DNA of 64,000 nt from the NCBI GenBank assembly GCA_963829545.1, contig CAWHIX010000008.1, forward strand, positions 127,324-191,323. The letters are read 5' to 3'. The position numbers were made by a program, and so were the translations under genes. Positions within the stretch are counted from its first letter, which is position 1; each line of letters opens with the position of its first letter. Origin of the DNA: an uncultured Actinomycetes bacterium. GTDB lineage: Bacteria; Actinomycetota; Thermoleophilia; RBG-16-64-13. Below, one piece after another: positions 28,105 to 38,807 of the stretch. The notes beneath the pieces are model-generated. The model did no database searches, was not told the origin of the DNA, and saw only the letters and a list, made by a program, of their open reading frames with translations.

Positions 28105-30862
28105 ATGGACATCGGCGCGGACAAGCAGGTCATCCGGGGCTCGGGCCTCATCGGATCGGGAGATTCCGGTCCCCCCACCCTCGTGGACGTCAAGGACGGC
28201 AGGATCACGAGGATCAGGCCCCTCGACTACGAGTCGAAGTACGACAAGAAGGACTTCAACGCCTGGAAGATGGAGGCGAAGGGAAAGACGCTCGATCCTC
28301 CCCTGCGCGCCTCGCTGGGTCCCATCGGCCAGGCCTACAAGAAGCGGGTCTACTCCAAGAACCGGGTGCGCTATCCGCTCAAGCGCGTGGACTGGGACCC
28401 GGGAGGGGCGCCGGGGTCCGTCGGCCCCGGCGGGCGAAACACCCAGAACCGGGGCACGAGCAAGTACGTGCGCATCTCCTGGGACGAGGCCGCCGAGTTG
28501 GTGGCGGCCGAGTTGCGGCGCATGAAGCAAGACCTACGGTCCCGAGGCCGTGCTCTCCCAGGCCGACATGCACGGAGAGACGCAAGCACCTCAGCCCCAG
28601 CCACGGCTGCGCCAACCGGCTGCTCTCGCTGCTGGGCGGCTACACCATCCAGATGCGCAACCTGGACAGCTGGGAAGGCCAGAACTGGGGCGCCAAGCAC
28701 GTGTGGGGCTGCGAGCCGGTGGGGGAGATGATGCCGGCCGCCAACCTCTACCCCGACATCGCCGAGAACGGGGAGCTGTTGCTGTTCTGGGGCTGCGACC
28801 CAGAGACCACGTCCGCACGCCATCCAGGGCCAGTTCGCGAGCAACCTGTGCTACTGGCTCTCCGAGGTCGGCCTCAAGTCCGTCTACGTCTGCCCCGACC
28901 TCAACTACGGCGCCGCGGTTCATGCCGACAAGTGGATCCCCATCCTTCCCAACACCGACGCCGCGCTGCAGCTCGCCATCGCTTACGTGTGGATCACCGA
29001 AGGCACCTACGACAAGGAGTACATCGCCACCCACTCCTACGGCTTCGACAAGTTCGAGGACTACGTCCTCGGCAAAGAGGACGGCGTGCCCAAGACGCCC
29101 GCGTGGGCCTCGGAGAAGTGCGGCGTCCCCGACTTCACCATCAAGGCGCTGGCCCGCGACTGGGCGAAGAAGACCACCAGCCTCATCCACGGCAACGGCG
29201 GGCCCGGCATCAGAGGGCCGTTCTCCTCCGAGCCGGCCCGGCTCGAAGCCATGCTCCTGGGCATGCAGCGGCCTGGGCAAACCCGGCGTCCACCAGGCCA
29301 AGATGCTCGAATGGTGGATCTGGGGCGAGTGGTTTCCCATCCCCTATCAGGGCAAGATCAGGCCCAACCTGGCCGGCTTCTCCGAGCAGTGCCGCCCGGT
29401 CGACTGCATGGACCCGACGCGGATGATCCCGCCCCTCTACTTGGGCGCCCATCCGGAGATGCTGGAACTGACCAAGCTCACCGACCAGCCTCCACTCGCA
29501 GGCCATCCCCAAGTGCCTGATCCACGACGCCATCCTCAACCCGCCCATCAGCTGGTGGGGCCTGCACGGCTTCCATGGAGCCGGCAGAGGAGCAGTTCAC
29601 GCAGCACACCTATCCGGCCCCGGGGCTGCTCGGAGATCCACATGATCTGGACCGACTCGCCCTGCTGGATCACCTGCTGGAACGACTCCAACACCTACAT
29701 CCAGGCCCTGCAAAGTCCCTCGATCGAGTGCATCGTGGCCCAGCATCCCTGGCTGGAGAACGACTGCCTCATGGCCGACATCATCCTTCCGGTCAGCACG
29801 AGGTTCGAGATGCTGGACATCGGCAACGACCTGGGCAGCGGCGTGCTTCACCTCCGTCTTCCTGGAGGAGCCACTGCATCGACCCCGTGGGCGAGTCGCT
29901 CTGCGACTTCGACGTCGTGGCCAAGATCGCCGAGAAGCTGGGGCTGTGGGAGGAGTATACTCAGCGGCAAGACCATGGAGGAGAAGCAGAAGCTCGCCTT
30001 CGATGCCTCGGGCATGGACGAGCTGGTCATCCTGGGAGGAGCTGCAAGAAGAAGCAGTACTTCGTCATGCCCTGCAGCGACGAGGTCAAGGACCAGCCGC
30101 CCGGCCTCAGCCCGTTCGCGCAACGACCCGAAGAACAATCCGCTGACCACGCCCACCGGCCTCCTCGAGTATTCCTCGAGCGCCCTGGAGAAGCACTTCC
30201 CCGACGATCCCGAGCGACCGCCTGTGGCTCACTGGATCGAGAAGAGCGAGAGCCACGACGAGCGCCTGAGCAGCGAGCGGACCGAGCAGTATCCGCTCCT
30301 CTGCATGTCGAACCATCCGCGGTGGCGCATGCACGCCCAGGGCGACGACATCACCTGGACGCAGAGAGGTTCCCGACCATGAAGGTCAAGGGTCCCGACG
30401 GCTATCTCTACGAACCGGTGTGGCTCAACCCCGCGGAGGCGGACTCCCGGGGCATCGCGCACGGCGACATCGTGAAGATCTTCAACGAGCGGGGCATCGT
30501 GCTGGGCGGCGCCTACGTCACGGAGCGGCTCATGCCCGGGTGGCCTACATGGATCACGGGGCCAGGTGGGACCCGATCATCCCCGGCAAGCTGGACCGCG
30601 GGGGGGCGATCAACACCATCACACCGCACAAGGTCACGTCCAAGAACGCCACGGGCATGGTCGTGAGCGGGTTCCTGGTCGAGGTGGCAGAAGGTCGACC
30701 GACGAGGAGATGGCCGGCTGGCGCCGGGACTACCCGGAGGCGTTCAGCCGGGACTACGACCTGGCGACGGGCGTGTCGCTGTCGGGCTGGCTGGAGCAAT
30801 CAGGCGCGGCGCTGCCCAGGCGGACCCGCAGAAGGAGTGAGACACCACATGTACACGTGTAA
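28105..30862 (+). pseudogene. Transhydroxylase-like large subunit, module 4. It is a recent duplicate of module 3, heavily disrupted with at least 7 apparent frameshifts.
   Basis: MDIGADKQVIRGSGLIGSGDSGPPTLVDVKDGRITRIRPL... is about 90% identical at the nucleotide level to module 3. An example stretch is gtcctgcccaacaccgatgccgcgctgcagctggccatcgcttacgtgtggatcaccgaaggcacctacgacaag, which occurs in both copies. The reading frame jumps between at least six partial ORFs (27595.., 28550.., 28653.., 28987.., 29575.., 30420..). Confidence 0.7.
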
Positions 30863-32897
30863 ATACCCGCATCTCTTCGCGCCCATCCGCCTGGGCGGAG
30901 CCGTCTTCGCCAACCGTCTCTTCTCCGCTCCCATGGGCTACGAGTACCTGTCGTCCAGGAACTACCCCCTGGACGAGACCATCGCCTTCTACGAGCGCCG
31001 CGCGGTGGGGGGCGCGGGCGCAGTGAGTGTGGGCTCTGCAGTGGCGGACAGCAGACGGGGTTGCATCGGGCTCAGCAACACCTATCTCGACGACCCGACC
31101 GCGCTGCCCCCTATCTACCGTCTGGCGTCGGCCATCAACCGGCACGGAGCCGTGGCCGCGATCGAGCTGCAGCACTCCGGGGCCAACTCCTATCATTCGG
31201 CGGCGCAGGGCAACCAGATCTACGGGGCCGTCGACGGGGAGAACGCTCTGGGCCAGTTCGTCCCGGCCATGCCGGCCGAGATCATCGAAGAGACCATCGA
31301 GGCCTACGGCGACGCGGCGGCCTTCGCCAAGTTCTGCGGCTTCGGCCTGGTGACCGTTCACGCCGGTCACGGCTGGTTGCTCAACCAGTTCCTCGACCCC
31401 AACGTGAACGATCGCAAGGACGAGTGGGGTGGCGGCCGAGAGAACCGCTGCCGCTTCCTGCTCCGTATCGTGGAGCGCATCAAGCAGAAATGTGGTTGCG
31501 GATTCCCCGTCGACGTCCGCATGAGTGGGTCGATGTGCCACGAAAGCGGATACGGCATCGACGAGGGCATCGCTATCGCCAAGCAACTCGACGGTAAGGT
31601 GGACCTCATCCACGTGTCGGCGGGCAGCCACGAGATCCCCGAGGTCTTCACGGTCACGCATCCCAGCATGTTCATGCCGGATGGGCCCAATGTGGTGTTC
31701 GCGGCTGAGATCAAGAAGCACGTCCAGACTCCGGTGGCGGCCGTGGGTGCCCTTGGCGACCCCGAACTCATGGAGGAGATCATCGCCTCCGGCCAGGCGG
31801 ACGTGGTGTACGCCGCCCGAGCCCTCATGGCCGACCCCGACCTGCCCCGGAAGGCCCGCGCCGGGCAGGATGAAGAGATCAGGCCCTGCATCCGTTGCTT
31901 CGAGTGCTTCGCCGGCATCACGACCAAGCGCCAGTACCGGTGCGCTGTGAACCCGGAAATAGGTTTCGAAGAGGAAAGCCGGCACGCTCTGCCGACGGCG
32001 AAGCCGAAGCGGGTCCTGGTCGTGGGTGGGGGAGTGGCCGGGCATGCAGGCCGCCCTCACCGCTGCCGAGCGGGGGCATGAGGTGATCCTGTGCGAGAAG
32101 TCCGACCGCCTGGGCGGTGTGCTCCGGTGCGAGGAGAAGGTGCCGTTCAAGAGGCTTCTGTCCCAGTATCTGGACCAGCAGGCGGGGATGATCAGGCGGG
32201 CGCCCATCGACGTCCGGCTCGGCACCTCAGTCACGCCCGAACTGGCGGAAGCCGTCGAGGCCGACGTCGTCCTGGCAGCCCTGGGCGCCCGTCCCTGCGT
32301 TCCCGGAATCCCGGGGATCCACGGCCCCAACGTCCTCGGGGCTGAAGAGGCCTACCTGTCGCCGGAGCGGACCGGCGATGGGGGCGACAGCGTCGTCGTC
32401 CTGGGCGGAGGACTGGTGGGCATCGAGTTGGCCGTCTTCCTCGCCGGTCTGGGGCGCGACGTGACCATCATGGAGATGATGGAGACTCTCAGCGACGGAG
32501 GCAACCCCGTTCAAGGCCTCGCCCTGATGAAGGAGATCAAGCGCTTGGGAATCAAGGTCTCCACCTCTACCAGAGCTTCAGAAGTCGACGAAGAAGGGTG
32601 TCATAGGGGAGTACGTGGGGAGCGCCTATACGCTGCCGCCATGCCGCACGGTGCAACAGGCGGTGCTGCAGTCGAACAGCTTCGGCAGGGCCGTGCGCGC
32701 CGACATCGAGGTGGGGAGCAAGACGCTGTTCGCCGCCGATACCGTCGTCTACGCGACGGGGCAACAGCCGCTCCAGGACGAAGCGGACGCGTCTGCGCTT
32801 CTGCGCACCCGAGTTCTATCAGATCGGGGACTGCTGGAGACCGAGGAACATGGTGGAGGCCACGCGCATGGCCTTTGCCGTCGCGCGCGACCTGTGA
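30849..32897 (+). pseudogene. Second OYE-family enoate reductase with FAD/NAD(P) domain, with at least 3 apparent frameshifts.
   Basis: MYTCKYPHLFAPIRLGGAVFANRLFSAPMGYE... is the OYE N-terminus. HAGHGWLLNQFLDP is the active-site region. CIRCFECFAG is a Cys cluster. The dinucleotide fold VLVVGGG[P]AGMQAALTAAERGHEVILCEK is broken by a 1-nt indel near 32040. Further breaks lie at about 32600 and 32820. It ends ..MAFAVARDL* at about 32897. Confidence 0.7.
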
Positions 32898-32924
32898 GCG
32901 ACCAAGGAGGAGGGGAGGATGTCA

Positions 32925-33872
32925 TGAGTTCGTCAGAATATGAGAGGTTCGCGGTTCGCTGGCCGGAGCCGCAGGACGGGTCTCTCGGGGTCGGGACGGG
33001 GCAGGGATCCGCCGTCACCCTTCTGAGTGACGCGCAGGTGCCGGGGGCCGGCCATCACGTCCGCCTCGCCTGGATCCGTGGCATCCCGGAGGCCGGGCCC
33101 GGGCAGGTCGAGCAGGTTCTCGACCACGACCAACTGCTCCTGCACGTGGGCATGGACCATACGACGCCGCAGGATCTGGGCGCCACCGTCCGCCTCTACC
33201 TCGGCGGTCAGCCCGTGGTGTTCAACACCACGACCGCGGTCTTCATCCCCAAGGGCACCCCCTACGGCCCCTTCACTTGGGAGGAGTTCCGCCGGCCGTA
33301 CGTGCAGCTCTCGCTGGTGTTCGGGTCCGGGGAGAGCCCGGCTCCGAAGGCCGCCGAAGATGCCGCTGCTGGCCGTGATGGCGCCATCCCACGCAAGAGG
33401 GAGGTCTTCGACTACGAGCAGTACGTGGTCCGCAGCCCCATGCGAGAGGCGGGACCGGAGTTCGTGGAGGGCCGGCAGAACCCCACCATGACCTACCTCA
33501 GCCGCACCCAGGTCAATGCCGTGAACAACTATCTCGAGTTTGGCTGGATATGGGACGTGCCCCGGCCATCCATCCCCAAGATGCGCCACGACAACTTCGA
33601 CGAGATCGTGCTCCACATCGGCAGCGACCCCGACCATCCCGAAGACCTGGGCGGGATACTCCAGTTCGGCATCGGTGACGAGCTGCTCGAGTTCGACACC
33701 ACCCATTGCGCCTACATCCCCAGGCGGGTGGATCACGGTCCCCTCATCTGGAAAGAAGTGCGCCGGCCCCTCATCGAGATGGCTCTCATGCTGGGCGCCG
33801 GCGATCTATGCCGAGGGATGGGAGAACAGCTTCTTCGACCTCCCCGATGGAGAGCGCCGCGGCGCCAGGTAA
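32925..33872 (+). CDS. Tandem double-cupin protein (two family-A cupin domains fused), with a possible frameshift near 33800.
   Basis: The first half (..VFIPKGTPYGPFTWEEF..) is a degenerate cupin lacking the His ligands. The second half (MRHDNFDEIVLHIGSDPDHPEDLGG...IPRRVDHGPLIWKE..MLGAG) aligns with 4924..5397. The end is ambiguous between 33872 and 33946. Confidence 0.5.
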
Positions 33873-33887
33873 CCACCCGCAGGAAGG

Positions 33888-34371
33888 ATGTCCACCATGC
33901 CCGAATCCGATCACAGCAAGTACATCATCACCGAGCGCAGACGTGACTCCCGCGACGCGGTCATGCCGCCCGGGGTCGATCCGGCCTCGATCACCGACAC
34001 CAAGTCTCATTTCAAGCTGATGAGCCTGGACGACCACGTGCTCAAGGGTTCCCTCTACACCGAGGTGGTGTGGATGTGGCCCGGCGGGAGCGACGTCTAC
34101 CCGGAGACGGCCGAACCCGCGCCCCACGCCCACGAGTACGACGAAGTGCTGGGCTTCTTCGGGAGCGACTTCGACGCCCCCTACGATCTGGGCGGCGAGA
34201 TCGAGTTCTGGTTGGAGGACGAGAAGTTCCTTGCTCACCAAGAGCTGCCTCATCTTCGTCCCCAAGGGCATGTACCACTGCCCTCTGGTGATCCGGGAGG
34301 TAAGAAGGCCCATCTTCCACTTCTCATCCGGCCCGGGAGGCACCTACGTGCAGGAGACGGCAGAGGCGTGA
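33888..34371 (+). CDS. Family-A cupin, fourth locus copy, with one apparent frameshift near 34235.
   Basis: HAHEYDEVLGFFGSDFDAPYDLGGEIEFWLEDEKF is followed in the +1 frame by LLTKSCLIFVPKGMYHCPLVIREVRRPIFHFSSGPGG..*. Both cupin motifs are present. Confidence 0.5.
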
Positions 34372-34422
34372 GCGAACACGGCCCGGAAGCCGGGCGCCCG
34401 AGCGACGCCGGCAGGGAGCCGA

Positions 34423-35226
34423 TGAGCAGGCCCATCACCGACCTTGCGCGGGTGATGGACGTCTCGGGTCGCAAGGTGATCGTCACGGGCGGGAGCCGCG
34501 GTATCGGGTGGGGTATCTGCCAGGCATTTGCGCAGCGGGGCGCCGACGTGGCCATCCTGGACATCGACGTGGCGGCCGGTGAGGCTGCCGCCCAGGAGCT
34601 TCGCGAGAGCGGGGGCGACCACGTGTTCGTGGAGTGCGACGTCACCGACAGGGGCATGGTCGAACGTGCCGTCGGCAGCGGTCGGCCGCCCGTTTCGGCC
34701 ACATCGACGTGCTGGTGAACAACGCCGGCATCGCCGCCATCAAGCCCTTCCTCGACATGGACGACGACCTTCCCGAGTATCACCGGGTGATCGCCGTGAA
34801 CCTGCACGGCACCGTGTACATGACGCATGCCGTCGCCCGGGTCATGCGCGCCGCCGAGCGGGGGCGGCCTCGATCATCAACATCTCGTCCATCGGCGGAG
34901 CTCGTTGCTCCGGATCGAAGGATCTGCCCCAGGTGGGCTACGTGGCCTCGAAGGCGGCGGTGAACCACCTGACGGCGTTCCTGGGCCATCGAGTTCGCCG
35001 AGCACGACATCCGCGTGAACTGCATCATGCCCGGACCGACGCGCTCCAAGCTGGACGAGCAACTGACGCCGGAGTGCCGGGCGAGGATGATGCAGGGCCT
35101 CCTCGACCGGCGCTACGGCGAGCCGCTCGAGATCGGTGCGCTCTGCGTGTTCTTCGCCTCAGCGGAGGGGGCCCATCTGAACGGCGTGGTCATGCCGCAC
35201 GACGGCGGTTTCCTATGCATCAACTA
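34423..35226 (+). pseudogene. SDR-family oxidoreductase split across 3 or 4 reading frames.
   Basis: KVIVTGGSRGIGWGI (frame a); IDVLVNNAGIA...NLHGTVYMTHA (frame b); IINISSIGG...YVASKAAVNHLT (frame c); IRVNCIMPGPT...NGVVMPHDGGFL* (frame d). Confidence 0.6.
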
Positions 35227-35347
35227 GGCAGTTCGATCGGACCAGGATCGAGCGGACGCGAGGTTCCTGGGTGTACGTGTACAGTAGGCGGCATCGAAGC
35301 GAAGGCGACAGCAGGCAACATCGAGCAAAGCGGGGGTCGACATCCAC

Positions 35348-36731
35348 ATGAGCACCAACACCAGCAATGATTCAAAGCCCGGGATCCCACAGGATCCGAT
35401 GTTCTCCGGGTGGGAGCAGCTGGACTGGAAGGAACGCCGCGAGCGCCGCTTCGAGCGCTGGAAGAGTGCCCCGGACGTCCAGTTTGCGAGCGAGTCGGTC
35501 AAGCGCGACTACCAAGAGCGCGCCCAGAACCTCATCGATGCCATCACCCTCAAGAAGCCGGCCCGCGTGCCGACCACTGCCTCGGTCGGCTACTACGTGG
35601 GCAAGTACAGCGGGCTCAGCAAGAAGGAGTCCATGTACGATTACGAGAAGTCGGCGGCGGCTCTCGTCAAGTATCACGAGGACTTTCGCCCCGATTTCCA
35701 GACCTCGGCGGTGGCTCCGGCCAAGGTCTTCGAGAAGCTCGGCCTCGAGCTCGTCGACTGGCCGGGCAGGGGCCTGGCGGACGACACGCCCTGGCAGTAT
35801 CTCGAGACGGAGTACATGCGTGAGGACGAGTACGACGCCCTCATCGCCGATCCGGAGGTCTACTTCCGGCGCAGCCTGCTGCCCCGCTTCGGGTCGGCTT
35901 TCGCTCCCCTGGCCGGGCCGGCGCCCTTTACCGACATGATGGAAGCCACCACCATGCTCTTCAGCATCCTGCCCTTCGCCGATCCGGCGGTGGTTGAGGG
36001 AGTGCAGAGGCTGGCCGACGCCGCTCGGGAGTGCCTTGCCTACCTGACAGCCATGGGGGCCGCCGGCGCGGATGCGGCCGGGCGATTGGGCATCCCGTCT
36101 TCGTTCGGGGGTCTCGCCAAAGCTCCCTACGACATCCTGGCCGACACCCTGCGGGGCACGAAGGGCATAATGGTCGACCGCTTCCGCCGGCCGGAGAAGA
36201 TCCTCGAAGCCTCCGAGCGGCTGGTGCCCATCGTGGTCGAGTGGTGCACCCGCCAAGCCTCGCGGCCGGGTGGACCGCTCATCATCTTCGTTCTGCACAA
36301 GGGCGCCGACAGCTTCATGTCCGATGCCGACTTCCGCACCTTCTACTGGCCGACGCTGAAGGCGGTCATGAAAGGCGTCATCGAACAGGGCATCGTGCCC
36401 ACCATGTTCGCGGAGGGGGGCTACAACAAGAGGCTGGAAGTGATCGCCGACCCCGAACTGCCCACCGGCAGCGTGCTGTGGCTGTTCGACCAGACCGACA
36501 TGGCGCGCGGCCAAGCGGGCGCTGGGCGGCCACTCCTGCATCGCCGGCAACGTCCCCACGGCGCTACTGGCCTTGAGCACCGTCGACGAGGTGAAGGCCT
36601 ACACCACCGACCTGCTCGACACCTGCGCCAGGGACGGCGGCTTCATGCTCGAGAACGGTGCCGTCCTGGACGATGCGAAGCCCGAGAACCTCAAGGCCAT
36701 GCTGGAGACGGGTCAGAACTGGCGCGGCTGA
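35348..36731 (+). CDS. Uroporphyrinogen-decarboxylase (UroD/MtaA/CmuA)-fold family protein, one apparent frameshift near 36515.
   Basis: About 460 aa. The C-terminal region in the shifted frame (GGHSCIAGNVPTALL..GT.DEVKAYTTDLLDTCARDGGFMLENG..ENLKAML) is the typical UroD-like ending. This fold is used by corrinoid-dependent methyltransferases and decarboxylases. Confidence 0.55.
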
Positions 36732-36829
36732 TGACCTGCGAACTCAGGCGCGGTTTCTTCGGCCGCGGTTTCTGTTGATCGACAACAAACTAGCGCGCAT
36801 CGGCGCCCTGGTGAGAACGGAGGCACGAC

Positions 36830-37939
36830 ATGAGTGACATACCCAAGACCTGCAAGGCGGCGGTGCTGGTGGAGTACGGCCGGCCTCTCGAGATCCAGGA
36901 GGTGGCTATCCCCGAACTCGAGAGCGGGGCCATCTTGGTGAAGGTGGAGATGGCCGGCATCTGCGGCACCGACGTCCACCAGCAGAAGGGCGAACTGACC
37001 ATCAAGAGCCCCCTGCCCAACATCCAGGGTCACGAGACCATCGGTCGGATCGTCAAGATGAGTGAGGGACGGGTCATCGACGCCGCGGGTGAGCCGATCA
37101 AGGTCGGCGATCGCATCATGTGGGCCCACGCCGACTGCGGCGAATGCTACTGGTGCCAGATCGAGCGGGACCCCGTCCTCTGCGCGAAGAGATCCGGGTA
37201 CGGCTGGGCGCCGCCCGTCGCGCTCCGGGGTGGTTTCGCCGAGTACGAATACGTCACGCCCAAGACCAACGTCGTGAGAGTGCCCGACGAACTGACCGAA
37301 GAGGAGTCGGTCGGGGTCGGTTGTGCCTTCCGGAGCGTCATCGCTGGATACGACCGCTTTGGCAAAGTGGGACTCATGGAGGACTTCGTCATCCAGGGTT
37401 GCGGTCCGATCGGGCTCTACTCCACGGTGGTCGCGCGCGAGAGCGGTGCCCGCAACATCATAGTGGTGGGAGCCCCTCAGAATCGTCTGGAACTTGCCAA
37501 GCGCTGGGGAGCCGACCACGTTATCAACATCGACGAGGTCAAGACTCCCGAAGAACGGAAAGAGATCATCCTCGGTCTCACGAAGGGCAGGGGCCCGGAG
37601 AATGTGGTCGAAGCGGCCGGCGTGCCTGCAACGGTAGCCGAAGGTCTGGACATGATCCAGAAGGGCGGGAAGTACCTCATCCTGGGTCAGACTTCGGCCG
37701 CTGCGACACCCATCATCGTCAGCCGCATCAATGAGAAGGGGCTCACCATCGTGGGGAGCGTCTCGGCCCACGTCGTCCACTTCTACAGAGCCCTGCAGTT
37801 CATCAAGACACATCGCAGCAGGTATCCCTTCGGCGAGATCGTGACCGGCAAGTACCGACTCGAGGACATCAACGAGGCCCTCGCCAACATGGCGGCCGGC
37901 AAGGACATCAAGCCGGTCATCGACAATCGCGGCCGGTAG
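36830..37939 (+). CDS. Zinc-dependent medium-chain alcohol dehydrogenase (MDR family).
   Basis: GICGTDVH, GHETIGRIV, structural-zinc Cys cluster CGECYWCQ, Rossmann GCGPIGL. 369 aa, intact. Confidence 0.85.
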   Translation: MSDIPKTCKAAVLVEYGRPLEIQEVAIPELESGAILVKVEMAGICGTDVHQQKGELTIKSPLPNIQGHETIGRIVKMSEGRVIDAAGEPIKVGDRIMWAHADCGECYWCQIERDPVLCAKRSGYGWAPPVALRGGFAEYEYVTPKTNVVRVPDELTEEESVGVGCAFRSVIAGYDRFGKVGLMEDFVIQGCGPIGLYSTVVARESGARNIIVVGAPQNRLELAKRWGADHVINIDEVKTPEERKEIILGLTKGRGPENVVEAAGVPATVAEGLDMIQKGGKYLILGQTSAAATPIIVSRINEKGLTIVGSVSAHVVHFYRALQFIKTHRSRYPFGEIVTGKYRLEDINEALANMAAGKDIKPVIDNRGR

Positions 37940-37951
37940 GAGGCACGAGAA

Positions 37952-38761
37952 ATGACCTTCAAACCCTTCCTTCGACCCAACAAGGTCCTAGCGGCCCTGG
38001 AGGCGGGCGAGACCCCCTTGGGCATGCAGATGTACACGCACGACCCGGACCTGGTGGAGATCGTCGGCTACGCCGGTTTCGATTTCGTGATGCTCGACAT
38101 GGAGCACAACCGCACCAACCCGGAGACCATGGTGAGCCTCATCCGGGCGGCGGAAGTGTCCGGGCTCACGCCGCTGGTCAGGGTCGGGGCGAACGACACC
38201 TTCCTCATCCGTTCGGCGGTGGAATCGGGCGCTCAGGGTATTGTCGTCCCCCACGTGAAGAGTGCCCAGGAAGCCGAAGCTGCTATGGCGGCCTCGCACT
38301 ATCCGCCTGAGGGTAAGTGCGGCATCTGCCCCGCCATCCGCGCATCGGGCTACTCCCAGGAGAACTGGGAGGAGTACATGGCTGCGGCGAACCGTCAGAT
38401 CATGTTCATACCCCTGCTGGAGGACGTGGAGGCCATCGACAACGCCGAAGAGATCATCGGGCTGCTGAAGCCGGGCCGCGACGCCGTGGGAGTGGGAGGA
38501 GCGGACATCGCCAACGCCCTGCTGACGGAGCCCGGGGAGAAGGTGCAGTGGGCGCACCCCTATCTGCGGGAAGCCAATCTGAAGGTGAAGGCGATCTGCG
38601 AAGACAAAGGCATCCCCAGCATGGGCATGGCCTTTCCCACCTCAGATCGAGCCGGTGTGGAGGCAGCGAAAGCCAACGGGACGAAGATCGTCATCTTCTA
38701 TCCCGACAGCCACATCTGGATGGAAGCGTGCCGGAAGATCATCAAAGACGTCCGGGGCTGA
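37952..38761 (+). CDS. HpcH/HpaI-family 2-keto-3-deoxy-acid aldolase.
   Basis: 269 aa. The sequence FVMLDMEHN...PLVRVGAND..GAQGIVVPHV matches the family pattern. Confidence 0.8.
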   Translation: MTFKPFLRPNKVLAALEAGETPLGMQMYTHDPDLVEIVGYAGFDFVMLDMEHNRTNPETMVSLIRAAEVSGLTPLVRVGANDTFLIRSAVESGAQGIVVPHVKSAQEAEAAMAASHYPPEGKCGICPAIRASGYSQENWEEYMAAANRQIMFIPLLEDVEAIDNAEEIIGLLKPGRDAVGVGGADIANALLTEPGEKVQWAHPYLREANLKVKAICEDKGIPSMGMAFPTSDRAGVEAAKANGTKIVIFYPDSHIWMEACRKIIKDVRG

Positions 38762-38807
38762 TCGCGGTGCCCGGTCGGTTGTTGCAGCCCGAGGATGGTG
38801 AAGCCGG

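Larger units (their letters stand above)
24353..30862 (+). repeat. Recent tandem duplication of the transhydroxylase large/small gene module. Unit A is 24353-28084 and unit B is 28105-30862 (which lacks a small subunit). Coding-strand nucleotide identity is about 90% on spot checks.
   Basis: Long identical or near-identical stretches are shared by 24785-25480 and 28318-29011, and by 26100-26300 and 29640-29840. Confidence 0.55.
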
